Source of the DNA: an uncultured Luminiphilus sp.
Lineage (GTDB): Bacteria > Pseudomonadota > Gammaproteobacteria > Pseudomonadales > Halieaceae
NCBI GenBank assembly: GCA_943787385.1
Contig: CALSMF010000006.1
Coordinates: 68,890 to 132,889 of the forward strand
Direction: 5' to 3'
DNA length: 64,000 nt
A program made the translations under genes and the position numbers. Below, one piece after another: positions 10,191 through 20,215 of this stretch. The notes beneath the pieces are model-generated. The model was not told the origin of the DNA and ran no database searches. It saw only the letters and a list, made by a program, of their open reading frames with translations. Within the stretch, counting starts at the first letter, position 1. Each line of letters begins with the position of its first letter.

Positions 10191-11089
10191 CAGGCTACGC
10201 TCTCTGTCACAGGTGCACCCAACAAACGCTCCAATGACCACACCGCATTATTGAAGGGTTGGGCCGTTTCTCCACACCAATAAGATCCACCCAAAGAAGC
10301 TGCTAACGCCTGGGTCCGCTGAAACGGCAAACCGGCTAAACACCCCAGCACAATACGCCATAGTGGCGCAGGGAGTTTCATGGGCGTTTTGTTAGCTAAG
10401 GCCTCTCCAATGCGTAAAGCGGAATAGCATTGCCCATCGGTAACCGCTAATGGCTGCCCACTGCGGGCCGATTTCTTCCCGGTTCCGCAAGCCAGAGAAA
10501 CAATAAGCTCAACGAGATCAGGACGTGCGACCAAACTACGCCGCCCTGTCGCGGGTAACGACACCGGCAACCTGCTTTGCCATTTCTGCAACATGGCAAG
10601 ATTGGCGGCCAGGGCGATGTCATAGACCAAAGCAGGTCTTAGTATGATCAGCTCACAGGGACTAGGGCCTATCAGTTTTGATAGAGAGATTTCAGCTCGC
10701 CACTTAGACTCGGCGTACAGTGACTCTGGTTTTGGTAAAACATCAGCGGAAGCTCCAGGGTCAACCGTACTCGCGGGCACCACATTTAGGGAGCTCAGAA
10801 AGATAAATTGGTTCACACCCGCAGCGACCGCCGCCGATGCGAATGCCTGACAAGCCTCGACATTAACCACACGATATGCGGAAGAACCGCCTTTATTATG
10901 GGCGATTCCTGCACAGTGAATAACGACTGTGACATTAGAAAACAGTTCAGGAGAAATTCCGTCCTGACTAAGATCTAAAAATCGATCACAGTCGCTTCTA
11001 CCCGCAGTGACCACCGAAATACTTTGCCGCTTGAGTGAAGCATAGATTGCGCTACCAATATAACCCGATGCCCCAGTAAGCAAGATCAT
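10190..11089 (-). CDS. NAD-dependent epimerase/dehydratase (WbpV/WbpK-like)
   Basis: TGASGYIG, HCAGIAH, YAESK (YxxxK), LRPALVY. Confidence 0.85.
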   Translation of the reverse strand: MILLTGASGYIGSAIYASLKRQSISVVTAGRSDCDRFLDLSQDGISPELFSNVTVVIHCAGIAHNKGGSSAYRVVNVEACQAFASAAVAAGVNQFIFLSSLNVVPASTVDPGASADVLPKPESLYAESKWRAEISLSKLIGPSPCELIILRPALVYDIALAANLAMLQKWQSRLPVSLPATGRRSLVARPDLVELIVSLACGTGKKSARSGQPLAVTDGQCYSALRIGEALANKTPMKLPAPLWRIVLGCLAGLPFQRTQALAASLGGSYWCGETAQPFNNAVWSLERLLGAPVTESVA

Positions 11090-11116
11090 GCCGATATCTC
11101 AGCTTGGTGGAAATTA

Positions 11117-11461
11117 TTACTCAAGCACGATGCGATCTCGGTTTCGCGTAATAATCGAGTCACCGATCCCTTTGACTTCAATGAGCTCATCGATGGATTC
11201 GAAGGGCCCGTAGGATTCGCGGTGCTCCACAATCCGGTAGGCCTTTGCAAGGCCGACACCCGCCAAGCCCTCTGACAAGAGCTCAGGTGAAGCCGCATTA
11301 ATATTGACCGACTGGGGCTGACTAAACACAGGTGAACTTGAAACGGCCAGAGCGAAACAGAGGGCAGCAATGCCCACAATTTGATGACAATGGAATAACG
11401 TAAACAGGTTGGCGCAGAATCTACGACCTGACCCATTAAAACTGCTGGTGATGAAAGACAT
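11117..11461 (-). CDS. comEA: ComEA-like helix-hairpin-helix DNA-binding protein
   Basis: Signal-like N-terminus followed by VNINAAS...GVG...A..IVEHRESYGPFESIDELIEVKGIG. Confidence 0.85.
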   Translation of the reverse strand: MSFITSSFNGSGRRFCANLFTLFHCHQIVGIAALCFALAVSSSPVFSQPQSVNINAASPELLSEGLAGVGLAKAYRIVEHRESYGPFESIDELIEVKGIGDSIITRNRDRIVLE

Positions 11462-11562
11462 GGCAACATACTCCTGTTGTGTAAATCGAAGAGCCTTATG
11501 TGACTCACAAACAGGTTATAAAATATCGATTTTTGCGGGGACATCAGCGGTCTCCGGCGCCC

Positions 11563-12264
11563 TCAAATGGGCTCTAGAGATGACAGAATACGCTTGATCA
11601 CTGCCGAGGGGTCTTCCGCCCCAGTAATGGAGCGCCCCATCACCAAATAATCAGCACCTGCAGCAATGGCCGTCGCGGGCTCAACAACACGCTTTTGATC
11701 TCCAGCGGCATCGCCTTTAAGACGAATACCGGGGGTCACCAAGGCAAACTTTGGGCCTACAAACTTCCTCAGCTCGGCCGCCTCTTGAGCAGAACAGACA
11801 ACACCATCAAGCCCTGCACCTTCGGCAAGCTTAGCCAGACCCACGACTCGTGCTAATGCGCCACCTTGAAACCCCACCTCAGACAAATCTGCCTCGGCCA
11901 TGCTCGTCAGCACCGTCACAGCCGTTAAGAGTGGCCTATGCTGCCGGCCAGCCAAAGCCTGGCAGGCAGCTGCCATCATCGATGACCCGCCACTCGCATG
12001 AACATTGACCATCCAAACACCCAGATCAGCTGCAGCCACAACGGCTTGAGCCACAGTATTAGGAATGTCGTGAAACTTAAGATCCAAAAAAACATCGAAG
12101 CCTTGATTAACAAGCTGCTCCACAGCCGCAGGGCCGACGCGTGTAAACAATTGCTTGCCTACCTTAACGCGACACACAGAGGGATCTAGCTGCTCTGTAA
12201 GCTGCAATACGCTGCGCATATCGTCATAGTCTAGTGCGACAATCAGAGTTTTATGATCAACCAT
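11563..12264 (-). CDS. pyrF: Orotidine-5'-phosphate decarboxylase
   Basis: LIVALD, FLDLKFHDIPNT, VTPGIR, LVMGRSIT. Confidence 0.97.
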   Translation of the reverse strand: MVDHKTLIVALDYDDMRSVLQLTEQLDPSVCRVKVGKQLFTRVGPAAVEQLVNQGFDVFLDLKFHDIPNTVAQAVVAAADLGVWMVNVHASGGSSMMAAACQALAGRQHRPLLTAVTVLTSMAEADLSEVGFQGGALARVVGLAKLAEGAGLDGVVCSAQEAAELRKFVGPKFALVTPGIRLKGDAAGDQKRVVEPATAIAAGADYLVMGRSITGAEDPSAVIKRILSSLEPI

Positions 12265-13468
12265 TTAACGCCTCTCCTGTCGTGCCCAAGTCCCGAATCG
12301 TGCCCCAATGCTTACAGCCCGGACAATACCAATGCAGCTTCTGGTTGCGAGACCCGCAGTGCGTACAACGGTAGGAAAACCTTTGATCAATAATTTTCTC
12401 AATCGTTTCCCGTTCTAATGACTCATCATCGCCCGCCTCTGTAGCATCGTGAAAGCTCATCAATAGCGCTACGCCACGCAGCGAAGGTTTGTCTCTCAGG
12501 CTAACTCGCAAAAAATCCTTTGCCGCGTCTTTGCCAACGGTGGCATGTAACTCATCAACAATAGCGAGTGCCAAAGGTGTTGTGGGCGCTTTCTTAAAAC
12601 ACCCCTCAAGATAAGAACGTAAACTTTTCCTGCTACCCACCGAATCCATCGCCTCCCGCATGAGAGGCGTAATCTCTGCCAGGTATTCTGGCCCTTGATC
12701 AAAAACTGTTTTGAGCACCTTGATACTCTGCTCCGGCTGCCCGGCTGATAGCTCTAACGCGCCCAGGGACAGCGTGGCACGAACGCAAGCCTTGTCATAA
12801 CGCAGCGCTTTAGCCAGCAGCTCTCGACCTTCCCCATAATCCCCGCGGGCTCTTGCCAGTTCCGCCTGCTCACAACAATAGTGCGCCAACAAGACACCAA
12901 CCGGCTGACCCACCTCGTCAGCGGCGTTATCAGCAGACTTAATTAAACTTCTTTTAGGGAGCAACTCTTCGGCAACCTCGCAGGCTGCTGCCCAGTCGCT
13001 TTGAGCCTCATAAATTTCCAGTAGATGACGGCGCGCTACCCTACGATGGTTGCCCGACTCCGCCACTAGATCAATCAGCAACTTTTCAGCGCGATCGAGT
13101 AGGCCTGCAGAAATATAGTCTCTGGCGAGCTCGAGATGAGCCAGATGTAATTGGGTTTGAGGTAAACTCGGCCGGGCCAGTAAGTTTTGATGTACGCGTA
13201 TGGCGCGCTCTACCTCACCGCGGCGACGCAGGACGTTTCCCAGTGCAATATGGGTGTCAAAAGTTTCCGCGTTAACTTCTAGTGCCTGAGTAAAAGCATC
13301 AATCGCGTTGTCTTGACTGCCATCAAGGAGAAAGTTTAAGCCCCGATAATATTCTGAGGGCGGCTGTGCTGCGCCGCCCCAAATTAATGGCCGATTCCCC
13401 CTTCTCCCTAACCACCAGCCCGCAGCAATAGCCGCGGTCAGTGTCAGCAGTAACAGCAGGTCAATCAT
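12257..13468 (-). CDS. lapB: Lipopolysaccharide assembly protein B
   Basis: N-terminal TM, YYRGLNFLL, RAIRVHQNL TPRs, C-terminal rubredoxin motif CTHCG...CPGC. Confidence 0.93.
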   Translation of the reverse strand: MIDLLLLLTLTAAIAAGWWLGRRGNRPLIWGGAAQPPSEYYRGLNFLLDGSQDNAIDAFTQALEVNAETFDTHIALGNVLRRRGEVERAIRVHQNLLARPSLPQTQLHLAHLELARDYISAGLLDRAEKLLIDLVAESGNHRRVARRHLLEIYEAQSDWAAACEVAEELLPKRSLIKSADNAADEVGQPVGVLLAHYCCEQAELARARGDYGEGRELLAKALRYDKACVRATLSLGALELSAGQPEQSIKVLKTVFDQGPEYLAEITPLMREAMDSVGSRKSLRSYLEGCFKKAPTTPLALAIVDELHATVGKDAAKDFLRVSLRDKPSLRGVALLMSFHDATEAGDDESLERETIEKIIDQRFSYRCTHCGSRNQKLHWYCPGCKHWGTIRDLGTTGEALNG

Positions 13469-13766
13469 TCTCACCGAGCCCAAGCCGGCGCAGCCGGTCT
13501 ACCTCGAGCTCGAGTTTGGTGTGCTGCCGGCGCAACCGCCCGAACCGAGCCCGCTGTCGAACCGTTACCCATACCCCACCTAACAATCCTACCAAGCAAC
13601 CCGTCGCGAAAAACAGTAATAACCATAGCGCCACCGCGCGCTCTGAAAGCTGCACGATTAATAAATCAAGAGGAACAGGGTCGGTATTTTGAAGAGTAAA
13701 CAACGCGCCCAAAATAATGGCCGTACCCACGACCAAGAGACTCAGCAACACCCGCAAAAGCGCCAC
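13461..13766 (-). CDS. lapA: LapA family membrane protein
   Basis: Two TM segments with FTLQN, basic C-terminal tail, position between ihfB and lapB. Confidence 0.8.
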   Translation of the reverse strand: MALLRVLLSLLVVGTAIILGALFTLQNTDPVPLDLLIVQLSERAVALWLLLFFATGCLVGLLGGVWVTVRQRARFGRLRRQHTKLELEVDRLRRLGLGEND

Positions 13767-13768
13767 GA

Positions 13769-14065
13769 TCAGAAGCCTGCTTTTAACGAACGGTTAACCC
13801 GTTCCCGCAGTTCCTTACCCGGTTTGAAATGAGGGACGTGCTTGCCTTCTAACTCAACGCTATCGCCGGTTTTAGGATTACGCCCCTGACGAGGCTCCCT
13901 GTAATGCAGGGAAAAGCTGCCAAAACCACGGATCTCAATACGCTCTCCACTCGACAGCGTTTCTGCCATATGCTCAATCATTAACTTCACGGCTAACTCT
14001 ACATCTTTGGTACTTAGCTGCGACTGTTGAGAGGCTATTAATTCAATGAGCTCACTGCGGGTCAT
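13769..14065 (-). CDS. ihfB: Integration host factor beta subunit
   Basis: [47 protein letters not shown]. Confidence 0.97.
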   Translation of the reverse strand: MTRSELIELIASQQSQLSTKDVELAVKLMIEHMAETLSSGERIEIRGFGSFSLHYREPRQGRNPKTGDSVELEGKHVPHFKPGKELRERVNRSLKAGF

Positions 14066-14360
14066 GGACTTCTTTTCAGCGCTGTTGGGACTGTCATTTT
14101 CTAACGTCAGGTAAATCTTTTCAAGTTCCTAATTTCCATGGCTTTTTTACCTAAATAGGCGCATAGATGCCAGATAAAAGTTGACGCGCAAAAAAATTCA
14201 GCCCATTCAGACCCGTCAATACCTGAGGGCCTGATTTAGCTCAACGGTACCCCAAGCTTTTGCATGCTTGGTCATTAATAACGGCTAAAATCGGCCGGCA
14301 GATAATTTGAAAAAACCGCTCGTAATTTTGACAACCGGGCAATCTTGCCAACGCCCGAGC

Positions 14361-14389
14361 AAAAAAAAGGCCGGCGTAATGCCGGCCTT
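14361..14389 (-). terminator. Rho-independent terminator of rpsA
   Basis: Stem AAGGCCGGC-N5-GCCGGCCTT followed by a T-run on the minus strand, about 20 nt after the rpsA stop. Confidence 0.85.
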
Positions 14390-14408
14390 CGATTAACAGC
14401 TAAGAAGG

Positions 14409-16082
14409 TTACTGACCGTCCATCTTCGCTTTAATTAGATCACCAATGGTGCCCGGCGAAGCCGCCTCGTCCTGCTGCTTGAGGGTTTCAACCGCCTCTT
14501 TCTCATCATCCATGTCCTTGGCTTTAATTGACAGCCCCAAGGTGCGGTTCTTACGGTCGACATTGGTGATTTTAGCTTCAACTGCATCACCCACATTGAT
14601 CACTGAACGTGCATCTTCAATGCGATCCACGCTGATATCTCCAACCTTCAGATATCCAGACACCTCATCGGACAACTTAATCAATACACCTTTGGCATCG
14701 ACTTCCAGCGCTTTACCGGTGACGATAGTGCCACGATCGTTATCACTCACGTATAGGGTGAAAGCGTCTTCTTCCATCTGTTTCACGCCCAGAGAAATCC
14801 GTTCGCGCTCGGGATCAATCGACAAAATGACGGTCTCGATCTCATCGCCCTTCTTGTAGTTACGAACAGCCTCTTCGCCCGTTTCATTCCAGCTGATGTC
14901 GCTCAAATGCACCAAGCCATCAATAGCGCCATCGAGGCCGATAAAGATGCCGAAGTCAGTGATTGACTTAATGGTGCCTGAAATACGATCACCTTTAGCG
15001 TGGTCTGATGCAAAGGCATCCCAAGGATTCTGAGTGCACTGCTTAATACCGAGGGAGATGCGACGACGGTCTTCATCAATATCAAGAACCATTACCTCAA
15101 CTTCATCGCCCAACTGCACAATCTTTGAGGGGTGAACGTTTTTGTTGGTCCAGTCCATTTCAGAGACGTGAACAAGCCCCTCGACACCTTCCTCGATTTC
15201 GGCAAAACAACCGTAGTCGGTGAGGTTAGTCACTCGAGCATTAACTCGGCTACCTTCTGGGTAGCGATTGGTAATTTCTACCCATGGATCTTCGCCCAAC
15301 TGTTTCAGACCCAAAGAGACCCGATTGCGCTCGCGGTCGAACTTAAGGATTTTGACATCCATTTCTTGACCAACTTCTACAATCTCGCTGGGGTGCTTGA
15401 TGCGCTTCCAAGCCATATCCGTGATGTGCAACAAGCCATCAACACCGCCGAGATCAACAAAGGCACCGTAATCAGTCAGATTTTTAACCACGCCTTTAAC
15501 CGACATGCCTTCTTGCAGATTCTCGAGTAGTTCTTCGCGCTCTTGGCTATTGGCCGCTTCCATAACTGCGCGACGAGAGACAACGACGTTGTTCCGCTTT
15601 TGGTCGAGCTTTATGACCTTGAACTCGAGCTCCTTGCCTTCGAGGTGCGTCGTCTCACGAACAGGACGCACGTCGATCAATGAACCCGGCAGGAAGGCTC
15701 TAATAGATTCGATATCAACGGTAAATCCGCCTTTAACCTTGCCATTGATGATGCCCGTGACAACTTCTTCGGCAACATGTGCTGCCTCTAGACGCTTCCA
15801 CGCCTCGGCACGCTTGGCCTTCTCACGAGAAAGCTTAGTCTCTCCGAAACCGTCTTCAACGGTCTCAAGAGCCACTTGAACTTCGTCGCCAATATTGAGT
15901 GTGCACTCACCATTGGCATTGGTAAATTGATCAAGTGGGATCACACCCTCAGACTTGAGGCCTGCGTGAACAGTAACCCACTCGTTATCAATATCAATGA
16001 CAACGCCGGTCACAATGGATCCAGGCTCCATATCGACGGTTTTTAAGCTTTCTTCAAATAATTCTGCGAACGATTCGCTCAT
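14409..16082 (-). CDS. rpsA: 30S ribosomal protein S1
   Basis: [12 protein letters not shown], repeated S1 domains ([29 protein letters not shown]). Confidence 0.98.
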   Translation of the reverse strand: MSESFAELFEESLKTVDMEPGSIVTGVVIDIDNEWVTVHAGLKSEGVIPLDQFTNANGECTLNIGDEVQVALETVEDGFGETKLSREKAKRAEAWKRLEAAHVAEEVVTGIINGKVKGGFTVDIESIRAFLPGSLIDVRPVRETTHLEGKELEFKVIKLDQKRNNVVVSRRAVMEAANSQEREELLENLQEGMSVKGVVKNLTDYGAFVDLGGVDGLLHITDMAWKRIKHPSEIVEVGQEMDVKILKFDRERNRVSLGLKQLGEDPWVEITNRYPEGSRVNARVTNLTDYGCFAEIEEGVEGLVHVSEMDWTNKNVHPSKIVQLGDEVEVMVLDIDEDRRRISLGIKQCTQNPWDAFASDHAKGDRISGTIKSITDFGIFIGLDGAIDGLVHLSDISWNETGEEAVRNYKKGDEIETVILSIDPERERISLGVKQMEEDAFTLYVSDNDRGTIVTGKALEVDAKGVLIKLSDEVSGYLKVGDISVDRIEDARSVINVGDAVEAKITNVDRKNRTLGLSIKAKDMDDEKEAVETLKQQDEAASPGTIGDLIKAKMDGQ

Positions 16083-16176
16083 GGGACGTTCCTGTTGTTG
16101 CGGCATAAATCTGCCTAACCGACCTCCAGATAAGGTTGGGTCTATTCAAATTAGCGATTACCGAGGTATCTGGCCT

Positions 16177-16869
16177 TCAGTTCGGTGACCGCACTTTAAT
16201 CCCTTTGCCTGCCGCAAGTTCAAACACGCGGTCACAAACCGCGTCGATAGACAGCGTGGAGCTGTCTATATGAACCGCATCTTCGGCAGCTACCAGCGGC
16301 GACGCGGAGCGGTTGGTATCACGCTCGTCACGCTCGTTGATGGATTGCAAAAGGCGCGGCAGGCTAACACTTTCGCCTTTCTCGAGCAACTGTGCCTGAC
16401 GCCTGCGCGCCCTCGCTTGTGGTGAAGCGGTTAGGAAAATTTTTAGGGCCGCGTCGGGAAAGACCACAGTACCCATATCCCGTCCGTCGGCCACCAGCCC
16501 CGGCAACGTCGCCAGCGTCCGCTGACGATTCAGCAGTGCCACCCTCACCTTTTCCAGTACCGCAACTGCAGAAGCTCCGCGGCTTCCGTCTTGAGAACGA
16601 ATTTGTGGGGTTACATCCTTGCCCCCAAGCCAGACCGCTACGCCAGAGGGTGATGGCACAAATTGCACATCGAGGGTTTCGGCCACTTCAACAACCCGCG
16701 CTTCGTCTTGCCAACTGATATCCCGAAGCACACAAGCATGACCCACAATGCGATATAAAGCACCGCTGTCCAGTAAGTGCCATCCCAAAGCTTCGGCCAA
16801 CCGAGTACTCAGTGTGCCTTTGCCGGCTCCGCTTGGGCCATCGACACAGATAACCGGCGCTTTACTCAT
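16177..16869 (-). CDS. cmk: Cytidylate kinase
   Basis: DGPSGAGKGT, LDSGALYR, VADGRDMGTVVFP. Confidence 0.97.
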   Translation of the reverse strand: MSKAPVICVDGPSGAGKGTLSTRLAEALGWHLLDSGALYRIVGHACVLRDISWQDEARVVEVAETLDVQFVPSPSGVAVWLGGKDVTPQIRSQDGSRGASAVAVLEKVRVALLNRQRTLATLPGLVADGRDMGTVVFPDAALKIFLTASPQARARRRQAQLLEKGESVSLPRLLQSINERDERDTNRSASPLVAAEDAVHIDSSTLSIDAVCDRVFELAAGKGIKVRSPN

Positions 16870-18167
16870 GAGCGAGCATCAAGCTTCAGGCCGGCACTCG
16901 ATATCAACTCAGCGAATCCAGGAAAGGAAGTGGCAACATGATCGCAATCAAGAACCTCTATGGGTGCTGATGCACGCAGCCCCGCAATCGCAAAAGCCAT
17001 AGCAATACGGTGGTCATGAAAAGTCCGGACTGAGCCACCACTTAGTTTTCCACCTTCAATCACAATGCCGTCCGGGGTTGGTTCGTTTTTTATGCCCAGG
17101 GTAGTTAATCCCTCGGCCATGGCCGCAATGCGGTCACTTTCTTTGACACGGAGCTCGCTGGCACCGCGGAGAATGGTGGTTCCGGTCGCGCAGGCGGCGG
17201 CAATAAACAGCGCGGGAAACTCATCAATTGCCAAGGGGACTTCATCTTCCGGTATATCAATTCCGTGCAGTGGCGCGTGGCGAACCTGCAAGTCAGCCAC
17301 GGGCTCGCCACCGATCTCGCGAGGATTGCGAACGGTGATGTCAGCCCCCATTAGGGTCAATATATTGAGAATACCTACGCGCGTTGGATTCATACCAACA
17401 TGCTTTAAAAGCACATCGGAACCTGGCGCGATACTCGCCCCAACCAGTAAAAACGCGGCCGAGGAAACATCCGCCGGTATGTCAATTGTGGTTCCCTGTA
17501 AACGACCACCCCCATCAAGACCGATCACTCCATTCGTATTATCAACGTCATAACCAAAGCCGCTAAGCATTCGCTCAGTGTGGTCCCGAGTCGGTGCAGG
17601 CTCGGTAATTGACGTTCTGCCCCTTGCGTACAATCCTGCCAGCAGTACACATGATTTAACCTGAGCACTGGCGATGGGCAGATCGTAGTGAATTCCCTGC
17701 AAGGATTGTCCTCCGGAAATCACCAACGGGGGCCGTCCCTCAGACAAAGCATCAATGCGGGCACCCATTTTGGACAGGGGATTGATCACCCTTCCCATAG
17801 GCCTTTGCATCAGCGAAGCATCACCCACAAGTTCAGAATCGAAAGTTTGACCCGCTAAAATACCTGCAAAAAGGCGCATACCCGTGCCAGCATTACCCAA
17901 ATCCAAGGCTTGATCAGGAGCCTTCAGTCCGTGTAAACCAACACCTGTAATCGTCAAACTTCCCGCTTCGGGGCCTTCTATGGCCACTCCCATCTGGCGA
18001 AAAGCCGCAATGGTCCTTAGGGCATCTTCGCCTTCGAGGAATCCAGCGACAGCTGTTACACCCTCTGCCAAGGACCCCAGCATCACGGCGCGGTGAGACA
18101 TTGACTTATCTCCAGGCACGCGATGTTCACCCGTTAACTGGCCTCCAGGCTGCACAACAAACTTCAT
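16866..18167 (-). CDS. aroA: EPSP synthase (class II)
   Basis: PGDKSMSHR, ASAQVKS, RDHTERML, RVKESDRI, DHRIAM. Confidence 0.97.
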   Translation of the reverse strand: MKFVVQPGGQLTGEHRVPGDKSMSHRAVMLGSLAEGVTAVAGFLEGEDALRTIAAFRQMGVAIEGPEAGSLTITGVGLHGLKAPDQALDLGNAGTGMRLFAGILAGQTFDSELVGDASLMQRPMGRVINPLSKMGARIDALSEGRPPLVISGGQSLQGIHYDLPIASAQVKSCVLLAGLYARGRTSITEPAPTRDHTERMLSGFGYDVDNTNGVIGLDGGGRLQGTTIDIPADVSSAAFLLVGASIAPGSDVLLKHVGMNPTRVGILNILTLMGADITVRNPREIGGEPVADLQVRHAPLHGIDIPEDEVPLAIDEFPALFIAAACATGTTILRGASELRVKESDRIAAMAEGLTTLGIKNEPTPDGIVIEGGKLSGGSVRTFHDHRIAMAFAIAGLRASAPIEVLDCDHVATSFPGFAELISSAGLKLDARS

Positions 18168-19096
18168 GAAAGATCTCGTCCTTTGTCAGCGTCTTCAGTT
18201 AACTGTGCACCCGCACTGGGGTCTAAAGGGTTCAGCACCCGATCATGCTCACGTCGAACCGAGCGGCAGATTGCAAAATAACGCTCAAGCTCTTCACCAT
18301 CACCGCTGGCAATCAGTGCTTTGAGCACAGACAGCTGATCTTCTACCGCCGTCAATGCATCAATCAGAGACCCTTTATTGGTAAGCGCCACGTCGCGCCA
18401 CATCACAGGATCTGACGCGGCTATTCGGGTCATGTCACGCAGTGCACCGCCACCATGGCGCATAGGATTTAAAGGGTCATTTGCCAAAGCCATGGTCAGT
18501 GCATAGGCCAGCATATGAGGTGAGTGACTACTCGCAGCAAGCGCCGCGTCGTGATCTGTGGCGGACATAACCGTCACCCGTGATCCAACGCTCTCCCACA
18601 TCGCGGTCACCCATTTAACGGCCTCGGGGTCTGTGGAGGCATCCGGCGTCAGAATAGCCTCTCGCCCGACAAAGAGGTCAGCTCTAGCCGCCATCACGCC
18701 ACTGTTTTCGGAGCCCGCAATGGGGTGTCCTGGCACAAACCGGGGGTAACTCTCAGGCATTTGATCAATCACCCAGCCTTTCATACTGGCCAAGTCGGTA
18801 ATAATGGGCGTCGCATTTAGGGCCTGCAGTCGACGGGGTAACGTCGCCAATAGCTCCCCCGTCGAAATCGGTGGCGCGCCGATCACAAGCACATCAGCCC
18901 CTGCAATGGCCTGGCTGAGATCTAGGTCAAAATCGTCGATTACGCCCAGTGCCAAGCCACGCTCAAGACTGGGGGCCCGGGGACCCCAAGCGGTGATCTT
19001 ACCCACCCAACCGTTACGCTTAAGTGCAAGGGCCAGGGACCCGGATATTAATCCAAGCCCTAAAAAGACGACCTTTGCGGTATTTAGAGATGCCAC
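18164..19096 (-). CDS. tyrA: Prephenate/arogenate dehydrogenase
   Basis: GLGLISGS, GHPIAGSE, SHSPH, RDMTRIA. Confidence 0.9.
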   Translation of the reverse strand: MASLNTAKVVFLGLGLISGSLALALKRNGWVGKITAWGPRAPSLERGLALGVIDDFDLDLSQAIAGADVLVIGAPPISTGELLATLPRRLQALNATPIITDLASMKGWVIDQMPESYPRFVPGHPIAGSENSGVMAARADLFVGREAILTPDASTDPEAVKWVTAMWESVGSRVTVMSATDHDAALAASSHSPHMLAYALTMALANDPLNPMRHGGGALRDMTRIAASDPVMWRDVALTNKGSLIDALTAVEDQLSVLKALIASGDGEELERYFAICRSVRREHDRVLNPLDPSAGAQLTEDADKGRDLS

Positions 19097-19108
19097 GGAC
19101 TCAGAACG

Positions 19109-20212
19109 CTAGATGGGGGCACAAGGGTAAGAGCCCAGCCGTTTCAGCATAATCGACTGCTCTTCAAGCTCGTTCATAATTTGATCGACGATTTGATCCT
19201 CGAGATGCCCCTCAAATTCAATGTAAAACACGTACGTCCATTTTTCGGTCTTTGAGGGCCTAGAATCAATGCGGGTCAAACTAATCCCCGCATCTTCAAA
19301 GGGTCTCAGCAAATTGAGAAGGGCTCCGGGGCGATTGCGACTGGCAATAATGACTGAGGTTTTATCTTGACCACTGGCGGGAACAAAGTCGCGCCCTAAC
19401 ACCAAAAATCGCGTCGTATTACTCGCGTAATCCTGAATCGATACCTCGCGCTTTTCTAGGGTATACATCTCAGCGGCGATATCCCCCGCAATGGCCGCCA
19501 CGCCCTCTTCAAATTGTGCTCGTCGAGCGGCTTCGCCATTGCTAGCCACCTGCTCCAGAGGCACTTGCGGTAAATGGGTTTCCAGCCAGGTTCGACACTG
19601 AGCCAAGGCCTGGGGATGACCGCAAATCTTAGTTATATCACCGTCACCTGTGGCTTGACCCACGAACAAATGGTGAACCACAGGCAGCTCAACTTCGCCC
19701 ACAATGTGCAAAGGGGACTCGAGAAAACAATCCAGCGTTTGTCCGATCATGCCCTCCGTAGAATTCTCTACAGGCACCACGCCGAAATCGCAGCGGCGTT
19801 CTTCCACCTCTCTAAATACGCCTTGTATTGAAGATTGCGCATGAGGCAAAGCAGATTGGCCAAAGTGTTTGCGGGCTGCGGCCTGGGTATAGGTACCTAC
19901 CGGGCCCAAAAACGCCACCGTTAAGGGGTTCTCAAGCGCCAGACAGCTGGACATGATTTCGCGAAAAATCCTAGCCATGTAGTCGTCGGGTAACGGCCCA
20001 GGGTTCCTTTTCTGAATAGCACGAAGCACCTGAGCCTCGCGTTCAGGACGATAAAACAGCGGCGAGGTTTGGGTATCGGCTTGGACAGCAGCAAGTTTGA
20101 TTTCGGCAACTTCTTGAGCACAGCGCGCGCGGTCGCTAATTAGAGACAGCAATTGCCCATCGATATCGTCGATACGAGCCCGAATGGTTTCAAGTTGCTC
20201 ATCAGTCGCCAT
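19109..20212 (-). CDS. pheA: Chorismate mutase / prephenate dehydratase (P-protein)
   Basis: RARIDDID, VPVENSTEG, NTTRF, ACT domain IDSRPS, LGSYP. Confidence 0.96.
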   Translation of the reverse strand: MATDEQLETIRARIDDIDGQLLSLISDRARCAQEVAEIKLAAVQADTQTSPLFYRPEREAQVLRAIQKRNPGPLPDDYMARIFREIMSSCLALENPLTVAFLGPVGTYTQAAARKHFGQSALPHAQSSIQGVFREVEERRCDFGVVPVENSTEGMIGQTLDCFLESPLHIVGEVELPVVHHLFVGQATGDGDITKICGHPQALAQCRTWLETHLPQVPLEQVASNGEAARRAQFEEGVAAIAGDIAAEMYTLEKREVSIQDYASNTTRFLVLGRDFVPASGQDKTSVIIASRNRPGALLNLLRPFEDAGISLTRIDSRPSKTEKWTYVFYIEFEGHLEDQIVDQIMNELEEQSIMLKRLGSYPCAPI

Positions 20213-20215
20213 AGC

